Source: a virus
Lineage: Duplodnaviria > Caudoviricetes
DNA: 59,957 bases
Virus record (IMG/VR): IMGVR_UViG_3300017774_002371
Coordinates: 1-59,957 of that record
Direction: 5' to 3' (one strand)
This document shows, piece after piece, positions 26,422 to 36,042 of the stretch (position 1 is its first letter; every line of letters starts with the position of its first letter). Both the position numbers and the translations under genes were made by a program. The notes below the pieces were generated by a model that was given only the letters and a program-made list of their open reading frames with translations, was not told where the DNA came from and did not search any database.

Positions 26422-29400
26422 ATGGCATACGATCCCAGCATTTTCAACATCAATCCATATTACGATGACTTTGACTCTGCAAAGGGGTTTTTGCGTGTGC
26501 TTTTCAAGCCTGGTTACGCGGTTCAGGCGCGTGAACTCACGCAGTTGCAGTCCATTCTACAAGATCAGTTGTCGCGGGCAGGCGATCACCTGTTCAAGGA
26601 TGGCTCACGAATCGTTGGCGGTGGCATTACCGTCCGCAACTCATCCTACCTCATGGTGGGTGTTGGGGTGGGAACCCCCCTCTTCGGTGTCACGGACTTT
26701 GAGCCGCTTGTCGGAGCGATTCTGACCTCTACCAACACCACAGAGACAACAAAGGCTAAAGTTGTCGGATATCTTGCTCCCGATTCACAGACAGACGGAA
26801 ATCTGATACTGATCGTAGACTTCTACTCAGGATCCGCGTTCTCTGCGTCCACGGTGAACCTGACAAACAGCCCGAACATTAGTTACACAGGCACAAACGC
26901 GCTTCCGTTGGCGACCGAGACATACGCTACGGGATCGTGCAAGGTTGTCAGTGTTTCCGATGGAATATTCTATATCAACGGTTTCTTTGTGAAGACCGCT
27001 TTGCAGCAGTTTACTCCGTATCAGATAAACACCGATGATCAGTATCGTGATCTAGAGTTTGCATCTGCTGGCGGCGAGCCGTTTGCGTTGCTGTCCAAGA
27101 AGATCGGATTCAGCGTCACGAACGACAATGTTACGGAGCAGGAAGACTCCTCTCTCCGCGATCCTGCAATCGGATCCTACAACTACAACGCACCAGGAGC
27201 CGACCGCTACAAGATCGTCTTGACTCTTGGACAGGCAGACCTGACGGAAACACCAAACGACTTCGTGGAACTACTGCGCTTTGAGAGCGGTCGCGTCACG
27301 AAGAAGGTGGAGCGCGTCACCTACGGGGAGATCGAGAACGCGCTTGCTCGCCGCACCTACGATGAATCGGGTTCTTACACGGTAAAACCTTTTGATGTGC
27401 AGGTAAAGGCAAACGACAACACGAACTACAAACTGAACATCGGCAGCGGAAAGGCTTATGTTTTTGGTAAGGAAGTGGAAAATGCGTATCCACAGGAAGT
27501 CACCCTTGCGAAGGCACGAACCACGCTCACGGAAACGGCGATCTCTTTCCCATATGCGGTAGGCAACTACATTGATGTCTCTGTTGGCGGATCCACTAAT
27601 CTGGGTCTGACATTCGCGGACAATCTGGCACAGATTGCATCGGGTTCTGCTCTTGTCAGATTCTTGGATAATACTCGCGCACTAAAGGGAACAGCCCGTA
27701 TTCACGGTGCGCTTCCTATCAGCACGAACACATATCGCGTGTTCCTGCACGGTATCAGCGGATCGGTGACTTCAGGACGAACAGGATTCATCTATCAGGA
27801 TGTTGCTACGGGATACACTCTCGGTGCATTCTTCAACTCTGCCGCAAACACCAATCTTCCAACGCTAAAAGATACGGCAAACTCTTCGCTTGTGTATGAG
27901 ATCAAGCCTGGTTATGCAATCGGAAACATCACCAGCCTAACGCTGCACGGAAAAATCGTGAGCGACGATCTCACGACAATAACTTATACTAGCGGAAACC
28001 CCGACACAGCCGTATATACGGTAAATCTTTCGTCCCATTTTAACACGCTTGGTTCAAGTGTTCCGTATCGTTTCAAGAACTATGGAACATCTACAACCAC
28101 GCAGTCAGAGATAAATCAGATCGGAATCGTGAACAACAACGGACAGTGTGCTGTGCTTTCAAGCGGAACGCTGTCTGGCAACAACGGTCAGTTCACTTTG
28201 ACTGTAACGAACTCTGCATCAAACGGATGGGCTGGATTTACTGCCGATGGGACTCGCGTCATCGTTCCCGCGATCTACTCTCCTGACTTGTCTCTCACTA
28301 GTCAATATCGCACAAAGACCAGCACTGCCACCACCGACACATTTGCAGCATTGGCAGACAAACGGACAGATACATCAGACACCGACACAACAAACCCGAA
28401 AGTATATTACGAGTTTGATCACTACGATGTGTATGCAGTCACATCAGTGATTGCAACAAACACTAGCAATAACACCACTACTGATGTCACCTCTGATTTT
28501 GAGTTGGATGATGGGCAGAAAGAGTCGTTCTACGGCTTGTCGCGGCTGTATCTGAAGTCCACCGCAGCAAGCAATTCTCGGTATTCCGCCTCCAATATCA
28601 ATCTCGGGGTTTCGTATCTGCGATTCGTTCACGGGGGTCTTACTTCTGCTCCGTTCATCGGCGCACTGTCCTACGGAACGCTACCCTATGAAAAGATTCC
28701 GCTGTTCACGAATCCAAAGACAGGCAAGACGGTATCTCTGGCAAACTGCCTGGACTTCCGTCACAGCGGATCGACCGCAGGGGCTGTCCGCATCAAGCCA
28801 TACGGCGGCAACGCGAACTTCACGGTGGATCAGAACACTTCCGTGAACTACACGCATTACCTGCCCCGCATTGACAAACTGTGCGTGAAGGCTGATCCCG
28901 ATGACGGTTCTGCTCTGTTCTTCCTTGTACAGGGTACACCTGACCTTTCTCCTGTTGCTCCTCCTGACCCACAGGACGCACTGATCATTTCCACCATCAC
29001 CGTTCCTGCGTATACTCACAACACCACTGATGTGGTGCTTGATCCCGTGGAAACGAAGCGGTTCACGATGGCAGACATCGGAAAACTTGAAAAGCGGGTG
29101 GATGATGTTGAGGTATTTGCCAAACTGTCCTTGTCGGAATCCGAGATTGAGTCGCGTTCGCTTCGCGCTCCCTCCGCTCCCACAGCAACAGAACCTCTGA
29201 AGACATCCATTTTCGTGGACGAGTTCTACGGTCACTCGGTCGGTGATGTCACGGATCCTCTGTACTCCTGCTCTATAGACTTTGAGCGTGGCGAGATGCG
29301 TCCGTTCTTTATTACGCAAGCAGTTCGTGTCACGAATTTCGCCTCCACAACCTCTGGCGTGGCTGTTTCCACCGATGGTGTGATGACGCTCAACTACGAT

Positions 29401-31374
29401 ACTGTTCCATATATTGAGAATCAGTTCTACACCAAGACGGTAAAGATCAATCCGTCCAACACGGTGAACTGGCTCGGATACATGAACCTGTCTTCAACCG
29501 TTGCTCCGTTCTTTGACACGGGATATCGTCCGCTCATCAAGACGAACTCCCTCATGGAGAACGACAACTGGCAGTCCGCCAATCCAAGCGACCTACGCGG
29601 ATTCGGAACCCAATGGAATGATTGGGAAAGCATCTGGACGGGAATAGAGGAGATTGAGGAAGAGCAGGACGAGATTCAGAAGCGAGTGCTTGAACTGCCT
29701 CGCGTCACCAGCGATTCTGCCATCCCGTCAAGAAACTCTGGCAGCAACCGCATCGGTGCAAACCGCAAGGCTGACAGCGTTAATCAGAAGACAAGCAACT
29801 TCATCAAGACTCGTAAACTGAAGAATCGCATCAAGTATCGTGTTGGTTCGCGCATCGTGGATCGTAGTGTACTGCCGTTCATTCCGCAGGCTACGATCAC
29901 GGGAACGGTTCACGGACTGAAGCCCAATGCCACTGGTCTTTCCGTGTATTTTGATGGAACCGTGGTGACCGCAGGCGTAAGCACCGATGCAAACGGCTCG
30001 GCATCGTTCGCGTTCGGCATCACTGCTGGCACATACACCATCGGAGAGAAGACGGTTCGCATCTCGGATTCAGCAGTCACTGAAAATGCTAGCATTGCTG
30101 CCGATGCGGTGTACTACTGCAACGGAGTTCTGCAACAGCGCGATAACGGGTGCATTTCGGTGCTGCCTGCTGAAGTACGGCGGCAGTCCGTGTCAAGTGA
30201 AGCGGTTTCAAAGGATCCGTTCAACCGTGACATAGATTCCGTTGAATCCACGCACTGGAGCGATCCGCTGTCGCAGACATTCTTTGTTGACAAGAAGGTG
30301 TATCCTGATGGCTTGATGCTGAAGACCGCATCTCTGTACTTTGCCACAAAGGACGATTCGCTGCCAGTCACGGTGCAGATTCGTCCCACCGTGAGCGGAT
30401 ATCCGTCACCATCTGTTGTGGTTCCGTTCAGCACGGTCACGAAGAATCCGTCTGAAGTCACTGCTGCTGCCACCTCTCCGCAGGAAACGGTGTTTGAGTT
30501 CAGCAGCCCCGTGTATCTTGAGCCAGGCGAATACGCGTTGTGCGTTCTCACGAACAGCGACAGTTACGAACTGTTTGCCGCTGATTCATCCTACAACACG
30601 AACGAGAACACCGATGCGGTGGGCGGTCGCGCAGGAAACAATCAGAGCGTTGGAACCCTTTTCGTACCACAGGGGATCGGAGCGGCGGTTGCGGACAACA
30701 GCACCGACCTGATGTTCTCGCTTGGTCGCTGCGATTTCTCGCAAACCACTACGGGATTCATTCAATATCTGAATCTGTCGTCCTGCAATGGCGCACAGGT
30801 TCTGAAGTTCTATGCTCCTGAAGTGATTCCAACCAGTTGCTCGGTGAGCCGCATCATCGGATCAAACTCGTTCATCAACAACGAGACGATCTATCCCACT
30901 GCAACGGTCACGGGTTCTCCCACCTTGCAGTACACCTTGAATCGCGGAAATCTCACGGCAGTTTCACCGATGGTGTATCTGTATGGTCTATACGGAGCCG
31001 CCATCACCATGTCCACGTTTGGACGATACATCTCTCGCGTGGTGGAACTCGGTGACGACATCCACTCCAAGGGACTGGCTGTGTTCGTGGACGAAAACAC
31101 CCCCGCAGGAACATCTAGCAGGGTGTACTACCGTTACAGCGAGACAGGAGAGGACGACATCTTCTCCAAGCCGTGGCAGACCGTTGCTCGTCAGAATCCC
31201 ACCTTTGCCAGTACATCGGAACTGGACTACCGTGAAGGATATTTCAAAGTCACCGCAGGAACCACCTTTGGATCGTATCAGGTTCGCGTGGATTCACGAA
31301 AGGACAGTGGATCTCTGGTTTCGTACTTTGGCTCACCGTCCGTGAAAAATATTCGTGTGGTGAGTTTCATCTGA
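26422..31374 (+). CDS. Large virion structural protein (DUF4815/VrlC-like)
   Basis: FNINPYYDDFD..K.F.RVLFKPG.AVQARELTQLQSILQ.Q, APGADRYKI, LARRTYDESGSY, YLPRIDKL, RFTMADIGKLEKR and DPLSQTFFV. This family follows gp8 in many environmental T4-like phages. Confidence 0.85.
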   Translation: MAYDPSIFNINPYYDDFDSAKGFLRVLFKPGYAVQARELTQLQSILQDQLSRAGDHLFKDGSRIVGGGITVRNSSYLMVGVGVGTPLFGVTDFEPLVGAILTSTNTTETTKAKVVGYLAPDSQTDGNLILIVDFYSGSAFSASTVNLTNSPNISYTGTNALPLATETYATGSCKVVSVSDGIFYINGFFVKTALQQFTPYQINTDDQYRDLEFASAGGEPFALLSKKIGFSVTNDNVTEQEDSSLRDPAIGSYNYNAPGADRYKIVLTLGQADLTETPNDFVELLRFESGRVTKKVERVTYGEIENALARRTYDESGSYTVKPFDVQVKANDNTNYKLNIGSGKAYVFGKEVENAYPQEVTLAKARTTLTETAISFPYAVGNYIDVSVGGSTNLGLTFADNLAQIASGSALVRFLDNTRALKGTARIHGALPISTNTYRVFLHGISGSVTSGRTGFIYQDVATGYTLGAFFNSAANTNLPTLKDTANSSLVYEIKPGYAIGNITSLTLHGKIVSDDLTTITYTSGNPDTAVYTVNLSSHFNTLGSSVPYRFKNYGTSTTTQSEINQIGIVNNNGQCAVLSSGTLSGNNGQFTLTVTNSASNGWAGFTADGTRVIVPAIYSPDLSLTSQYRTKTSTATTDTFAALADKRTDTSDTDTTNPKVYYEFDHYDVYAVTSVIATNTSNNTTTDVTSDFELDDGQKESFYGLSRLYLKSTAASNSRYSASNINLGVSYLRFVHGGLTSAPFIGALSYGTLPYEKIPLFTNPKTGKTVSLANCLDFRHSGSTAGAVRIKPYGGNANFTVDQNTSVNYTHYLPRIDKLCVKADPDDGSALFFLVQGTPDLSPVAPPDPQDALIISTITVPAYTHNTTDVVLDPVETKRFTMADIGKLEKRVDDVEVFAKLSLSESEIESRSLRAPSAPTATEPLKTSIFVDEFYGHSVGDVTDPLYSCSIDFERGEMRPFFITQAVRVTNFASTTSGVAVSTDGVMTLNYDTVPYIENQFYTKTVKINPSNTVNWLGYMNLSSTVAPFFDTGYRPLIKTNSLMENDNWQSANPSDLRGFGTQWNDWESIWTGIEEIEEEQDEIQKRVLELPRVTSDSAIPSRNSGSNRIGANRKADSVNQKTSNFIKTRKLKNRIKYRVGSRIVDRSVLPFIPQATITGTVHGLKPNATGLSVYFDGTVVTAGVSTDANGSASFAFGITAGTYTIGEKTVRISDSAVTENASIAADAVYYCNGVLQQRDNGCISVLPAEVRRQSVSSEAVSKDPFNRDIDSVESTHWSDPLSQTFFVDKKVYPDGLMLKTASLYFATKDDSLPVTVQIRPTVSGYPSPSVVVPFSTVTKNPSEVTAAATSPQETVFEFSSPVYLEPGEYALCVLTNSDSYELFAADSSYNTNENTDAVGGRAGNNQSVGTLFVPQGIGAAVADNSTDLMFSLGRCDFSQTTTGFIQYLNLSSCNGAQVLKFYAPEVIPTSCSVSRIIGSNSFINNETIYPTATVTGSPTLQYTLNRGNLTAVSPMVYLYGLYGAAITMSTFGRYISRVVELGDDIHSKGLAVFVDENTPAGTSSRVYYRYSETGEDDIFSKPWQTVARQNPTFASTSELDYREGYFKVTAGTTFGSYQVRVDSRKDSGSLVSYFGSPSVKNIRVVSFI

Positions 31375-31377
31375 TCC

Positions 31378-31563
31378 ATGCGCTACCGCCGCGACACCAA
31401 AACGGGTGCTGCCCTGCTCTGCGATGCGGAAGCAGTGCAGTCATACCTGTTAAAAAAGAGTCAACAAGAGCAGATAGACGCTCTGCACCAGCAGATAAAT
31501 ACTCTGCAACAGCAGATCACCGAACTGCAACAGAAATACCTCCAGGATAAACAAGGCAAGTAA
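31378..31563 (+). CDS. Small coiled-coil hypothetical protein
   Basis: RRDTKTGA..L followed by a Gln-rich heptad tail. A small gene of this type often follows the VrlC-like gene. Confidence 0.65.
   Translation: MRYRRDTKTGAALLCDAEAVQSYLLKKSQQEQIDALHQQINTLQQQITELQQKYLQDKQGK
31496..31501 (+). promoter_or_regulatory. Candidate late promoter TAAATA upstream of the fibre genes
   Basis: ATAAATA ~64 nt upstream of the ATG at 31566. Confidence 0.45.
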
Positions 31564-31565
31564 TA

Positions 31566-33524
31566 ATGGCTACGAACACTGGACCAAACGATTCCACATA
31601 CACCATACCTGAAGTTGCCCTTGGCGACAACTTCAATGTGTGGAAGGATATTACCAACACCGCCGTCTATAAACTGAACAAGGTTCGTGTTTACGAGGGC
31701 GCGTCTAGTAGCAGCATTGCCTACACAGGAACCACTGGCGGAACTTTCTCGGTTGCCCTGAATCCTACAATCAGCGATGGACTCACCTTCACAGGTGCAA
31801 TCGTGTTTGGTGCTGGTGTCACATTCAACGGTAATGTCACATTCAATGCGTCCACATTCACGGTAAATGCCAACGCCGTCACTATTGATGACTACAACAT
31901 TATTTTGGGTGATACGGCTCAAGCAAGCGATACCAATATCAATACAGCGGGTGGCGGTGGACTGCTTCTGAATCGCGGCAGCGGAAACACCGCAGAGTGG
32001 CTGTGGCAGTACAATCAGGTACACGGAATCACTGGATTCTGGCGGGCAAACACCAGCATCGGATTCAGCGGATCAACCAGCGGAATCTACCCTGCTGGCG
32101 GCGGGATACTGCCTGTTCACGGCAGCGGACTGCGGATTGACGGTGGAACCACCACTGACCACGGCTTGCAGATGCAGTTCTCTGGTAGCGGACAGACCAC
32201 TGATCGTGCCATTGATTTTGCACGATATTCGCCAGCAGGCTCCACCGTTTTCGCGGAAGTTCTGAACGGCTCCACCTACGGTGCGTATCCGTTTATGAAC
32301 ATCCGCAGCGGTGCAAACCGCAAGCAGATACGGCAGACCGCACACGGGCTGTCTTTCGGGACTCCTGTCTATGTGAATGGAAGCGGCACATACTTGCCAG
32401 CAGAAGCCACTTCGGTTGATGTTGCGGAAGTTGTCGGATTGGTGTCCAAGCGTATTGATGCGGACAACTTTGAGTTGACCTTCAGCGGTGAAATATTCGG
32501 AAACTTCTCCAATGCCATACTTGGCGGTGTTTCCACACTGAATACGGGTGGAGTGTATTATCTGTCTTCTTCCGCAGGAAAACTGTCAACATCACCGTCT
32601 GCTTCTGTTGGAACCGTTCACAAGGCGGTAATGATCGCAACAGGATCAAGCAGCGCAGTAGTGGTTCCGTTTACTGGCGGTCTGCTTGGCGAAGACATTG
32701 TGCTTTCCACAGCCACCACAATGGCAAAGACCGTGACGCAGTTGAACAAGTTCCGCGTGGGTGACGCGCTGCGGTACAAGTACGGCGTGAATACAGGACT
32801 GTCATATGATTACACTGTTGGAGGCGGCGGTTCCACTGGAGCCACATACTCATACGGAATATATGTAAAGGCTCAGGCAAACAGCGAAGCGCAAGCCGAA
32901 GTGGTCGGAGTGGTGACCAGCACAAAAGAACTCGCAATCAGCGGATCTTCAAGCGGCATCAACTACGAGTTCACGATGGTGAGTGACGGGTATTTTGATG
33001 TGTCTGGCGTACTCACAGGAGTATGCGCTACGGTTGGTGGTGTTCAGGGGAACATGGTTGGCGGCGTACAGTACTTCCTGAACTCCGACTGTGCAGGCAC
33101 CTCTCGCGCATTTGAATCCGATGTTCCGTCTCTGTCGGACTCCGTGCCGACCGTGATCGGACATGTCCGCAAGCCTCTGTTGAGCAGCACTACTCCATTC
33201 GGAGGACACATCATCTCCTATCGCGGAGATGTAAACAACTCTGGTCAGTCGTCTTTCACGGGCTACACTGGATCGTCCGCACAGTTCAACGATCTTCCAG
33301 TTGGCAGCATGATCATGGGTGTGACTGGATCTACCCTTGCTCCAAACAGGGGCGTGACGGTGTACTACCACAACACGGGTGGGTTGAGCGGAGAGTATGT
33401 GCTGTACCTCGGCGCAAGCACCGTTGGCATCACGCTCAACGGAACATGGAAGACCCGTGGTTTGGCTCTTGATAGAAACGCAACTGGAATAACTGCTTAC
33501 CATCTCTGTCAGCGAATAATCTGA
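31566..33524 (+). CDS. Putative tail fibre or virion appendage protein
   Basis: DNFNVWKDITN at the N-terminus, VTIDDYNIILG...GGGLLL, and two copies of an A.A....AEVVG[LV]V domain. Confidence 0.65.
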   Translation: MATNTGPNDSTYTIPEVALGDNFNVWKDITNTAVYKLNKVRVYEGASSSSIAYTGTTGGTFSVALNPTISDGLTFTGAIVFGAGVTFNGNVTFNASTFTVNANAVTIDDYNIILGDTAQASDTNINTAGGGGLLLNRGSGNTAEWLWQYNQVHGITGFWRANTSIGFSGSTSGIYPAGGGILPVHGSGLRIDGGTTTDHGLQMQFSGSGQTTDRAIDFARYSPAGSTVFAEVLNGSTYGAYPFMNIRSGANRKQIRQTAHGLSFGTPVYVNGSGTYLPAEATSVDVAEVVGLVSKRIDADNFELTFSGEIFGNFSNAILGGVSTLNTGGVYYLSSSAGKLSTSPSASVGTVHKAVMIATGSSSAVVVPFTGGLLGEDIVLSTATTMAKTVTQLNKFRVGDALRYKYGVNTGLSYDYTVGGGGSTGATYSYGIYVKAQANSEAQAEVVGVVTSTKELAISGSSSGINYEFTMVSDGYFDVSGVLTGVCATVGGVQGNMVGGVQYFLNSDCAGTSRAFESDVPSLSDSVPTVIGHVRKPLLSSTTPFGGHIISYRGDVNNSGQSSFTGYTGSSAQFNDLPVGSMIMGVTGSTLAPNRGVTVYYHNTGGLSGEYVLYLGASTVGITLNGTWKTRGLALDRNATGITAYHLCQRII

Positions 33525-33533
33525 GGAAAAACA

Positions 33534-35918
33534 ATGGGTTCATCACTACTACTACGGGGCGGATCGTCCACGCCAAAGAGCATAGAAGAGACTATTTCAG
33601 TAACCCACTCGTTTATTGACGGCGATGTTGTTCGCTTTGATCCTGCTGACAGCACATGGAAACTCGCACAGGCAAACACCGCAGAGAACTCCGAAGTGGT
33701 CGGCGTTGTGTCCAACGCACAGGCTGGATCATTCAAGATCACATATGCGGGATACATCAATCTTTCGCGTTATGCCGCAATCAGCAGCCCTGTGCTGTTT
33801 CTTGACTCATCGGTGGCGGGTGGACTCACGGGATCGCCGCCGAGCGCAATCGGAACGGTGGTAAAGCCTGTGTTGACCCGCTCCACGGGAACAAGCGGGT
33901 TCATCGTGATGAACTACCTTGGAACGCAGATCGGCGGATCGTCCACGGTTTCCATTGAAGAGATTCAGCCCGTGGGAACCATCATGCCGTATGCTGCGGA
34001 GGGAACGGTTCCCGATACTTGGCTAGAGTGCAACGGCGCATCTTACGGTGTCACCCAATACCCCGAACTGTACACCGCACTACTGAGTACCACTGGCGAT
34101 GCCGCTCCGAAATACGGATATGTGGCTACACTGACGGGAACGAATGTCAACGCCGCTCTTGCGGCGGGAGATTACATCCAATACAAGGCTAGTGCTGTTG
34201 CATTTACTGGAAACGGCAGTCCTTTTGCGGGAACAGCCACAAACGCATCCTTGCTTGCGATTGTATTGAGTGTGACATCAACCTCTGCGGTGGTTCAGGT
34301 CATTCCCACATACTCAGGCACGAACAAAAACTTCACAATAAACAATACCGTGTTTGCAGGTGGTGGATTTGTCAGCACTAATGAAAATGGCACAGGAAAC
34401 TACCGTGCCTATAGTAATTCAAGCGCATTCAAAGCAGTATCTCTAACCATTACCTCTACGGCTATCACTCACTTCAACACTCCCGATCTGCGTGGGCGGT
34501 TTCCGCTTGGGGTGAACACATCCGCACTGCCCTCAAGCGGTGATCTTGAAACTGATGCATCAAACAACTCGGCTATCTCTGGCATTTATACGCTGGGTTC
34601 GGAGGGCGGTCAGGAATTCATTGTTGCTAGTACTCAAGTTGCTGCGGGAGGTGGTCCATTTGTAACTTCGCGTACCGATAGTGGATTGCTTGCCAATATG
34701 CCGCCCTACACCGTGGTGCGGTACATCATCAAGGCAAGTCCGTACACCCGCGCTGCCATCATTGACGGTGTTGACATCCCATACGATCAGTTGCTCGTAG
34801 GTGATCTGCGCTCGGGTCTGCTGCGAAACGCTGGTGTGGGCGAAGACCTGATCTTCAAGACGAACACCAGCGTAGCCACCACTGGCACGGAGCGGATGCG
34901 CCTGACGAACGGCGGAAATCTGGGCATCGGAACCACGACACCCACTGCTGCGTTTGAGGTGATTGGTGGCGTGTCTGCATCGGGTGCAATCAGCGGGGGT
35001 GCAATCAGCGGTTCGCGCCTGTCGGTGTCTGGCGGAATCACTGCGGGAACAGACATTGTTTCCACTAGTGGAAACCTTCACTTGCTCAATTCGTCTTCGG
35101 CTGGTGTCGCCACAAAGTCTGGAACTCTGCACCTCGGAGTGAATACTGGCTTGGACAACGGTGCAATTGCCAACGACAAAATCGGTCTTACGGTGAAAAC
35201 CGATAAACGGGTTGGCGTTAATGGCATATATGATCCGTCCACTTCGCTTTCTGTTTTGAGCGAAGGTGGGTCAAGCATATTGAGCGGCGGTGTCCGAGTA
35301 TGGCGAAGTGCGAGCAGTGGTGTTGGAAACCGAAATACCGCGTACATGGCAATGGATGTGGACGGCAATGGAGGCGTGTTACAGGCATGGGGAGATGGTT
35401 TTAGAATCCAAACTGGTGCCACTGGATCAACTACTACCACTGCCGACCGCTTATTCATCAAAGGCAACGGCAATGTGGGTATTGGAACCACAGACCCAGG
35501 TGCGACACTGGATGTAAAGGGGACAATCAAGACAGATACGAGCATCACCGTTGGCACTGCTGTTCTTGCGGCTCCAAATGGATCGGCTCCCATGTTTGCA
35601 GCACGGGCATGGGCAACTGCAAACTGGAGCGGCTCGGCATTTACTATAGGAAACAAATCATCCAATGTTACATCGAGTGTAGGAGTAGACACTAATGCGA
35701 GAACAGTAACATTCAATTTTAGTCCACAACTACCAACATCAGATTATGTGGTTGTTGTTGGTGGAGGAAGAGACGCAGATGGACAAACTATACAGACTTC
35801 TGTTACTTCACGAACAGCAACTTCTTGCGTAATAGGCATAGAGGGTGGAAGTAATGGGAATGTACTCGTCGGTGGTTCAGGTAAGTTGGCGTATGTTTCA
35901 ATAGTAGTGTTCTTCTGA
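33534..35918 (+). CDS. Tail fibre protein with a phage tail-collar domain
   Basis: PVGTIMPYA...PDTWLECNG...YPELY..L...FNTPDLRGRFPLG, NMPPYTVVRYIIKA, two G.[LV]GIGTT.P repeats and a distinct C-terminal tip. Confidence 0.8.
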   Translation: MGSSLLLRGGSSTPKSIEETISVTHSFIDGDVVRFDPADSTWKLAQANTAENSEVVGVVSNAQAGSFKITYAGYINLSRYAAISSPVLFLDSSVAGGLTGSPPSAIGTVVKPVLTRSTGTSGFIVMNYLGTQIGGSSTVSIEEIQPVGTIMPYAAEGTVPDTWLECNGASYGVTQYPELYTALLSTTGDAAPKYGYVATLTGTNVNAALAAGDYIQYKASAVAFTGNGSPFAGTATNASLLAIVLSVTSTSAVVQVIPTYSGTNKNFTINNTVFAGGGFVSTNENGTGNYRAYSNSSAFKAVSLTITSTAITHFNTPDLRGRFPLGVNTSALPSSGDLETDASNNSAISGIYTLGSEGGQEFIVASTQVAAGGGPFVTSRTDSGLLANMPPYTVVRYIIKASPYTRAAIIDGVDIPYDQLLVGDLRSGLLRNAGVGEDLIFKTNTSVATTGTERMRLTNGGNLGIGTTTPTAAFEVIGGVSASGAISGGAISGSRLSVSGGITAGTDIVSTSGNLHLLNSSSAGVATKSGTLHLGVNTGLDNGAIANDKIGLTVKTDKRVGVNGIYDPSTSLSVLSEGGSSILSGGVRVWRSASSGVGNRNTAYMAMDVDGNGGVLQAWGDGFRIQTGATGSTTTTADRLFIKGNGNVGIGTTDPGATLDVKGTIKTDTSITVGTAVLAAPNGSAPMFAARAWATANWSGSAFTIGNKSSNVTSSVGVDTNARTVTFNFSPQLPTSDYVVVVGGGRDADGQTIQTSVTSRTATSCVIGIEGGSNGNVLVGGSGKLAYVSIVVFF

Positions 35919-36015
35919 TGAAAATTTCCAAGCATTTTTCAATCATTTTACGATAAGCATAGAGATATATGCACACAAACACCGAATCCGCATTTGAGTG
36001 ACACACGAAAGAAAC

Positions 36016-36023
36016 CATAAATA
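36016..36023 (+). promoter_or_regulatory. Late promoter CATAAATA
   Basis: 7/8 match to TATAAATA, in an AT-rich intergenic gap 19 nt before the ATG at 36043. Confidence 0.65.
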
Positions 36024-36042
36024 AGTTCGGAGAACACACTAA

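Noticed and set aside
35919-36042. AT-rich gap as an ncRNA, CRISPR array or origin
   Set aside because: It has no repeat-spacer pattern, tRNA fold or clear stable structure, and is adequately explained as a promoter region.
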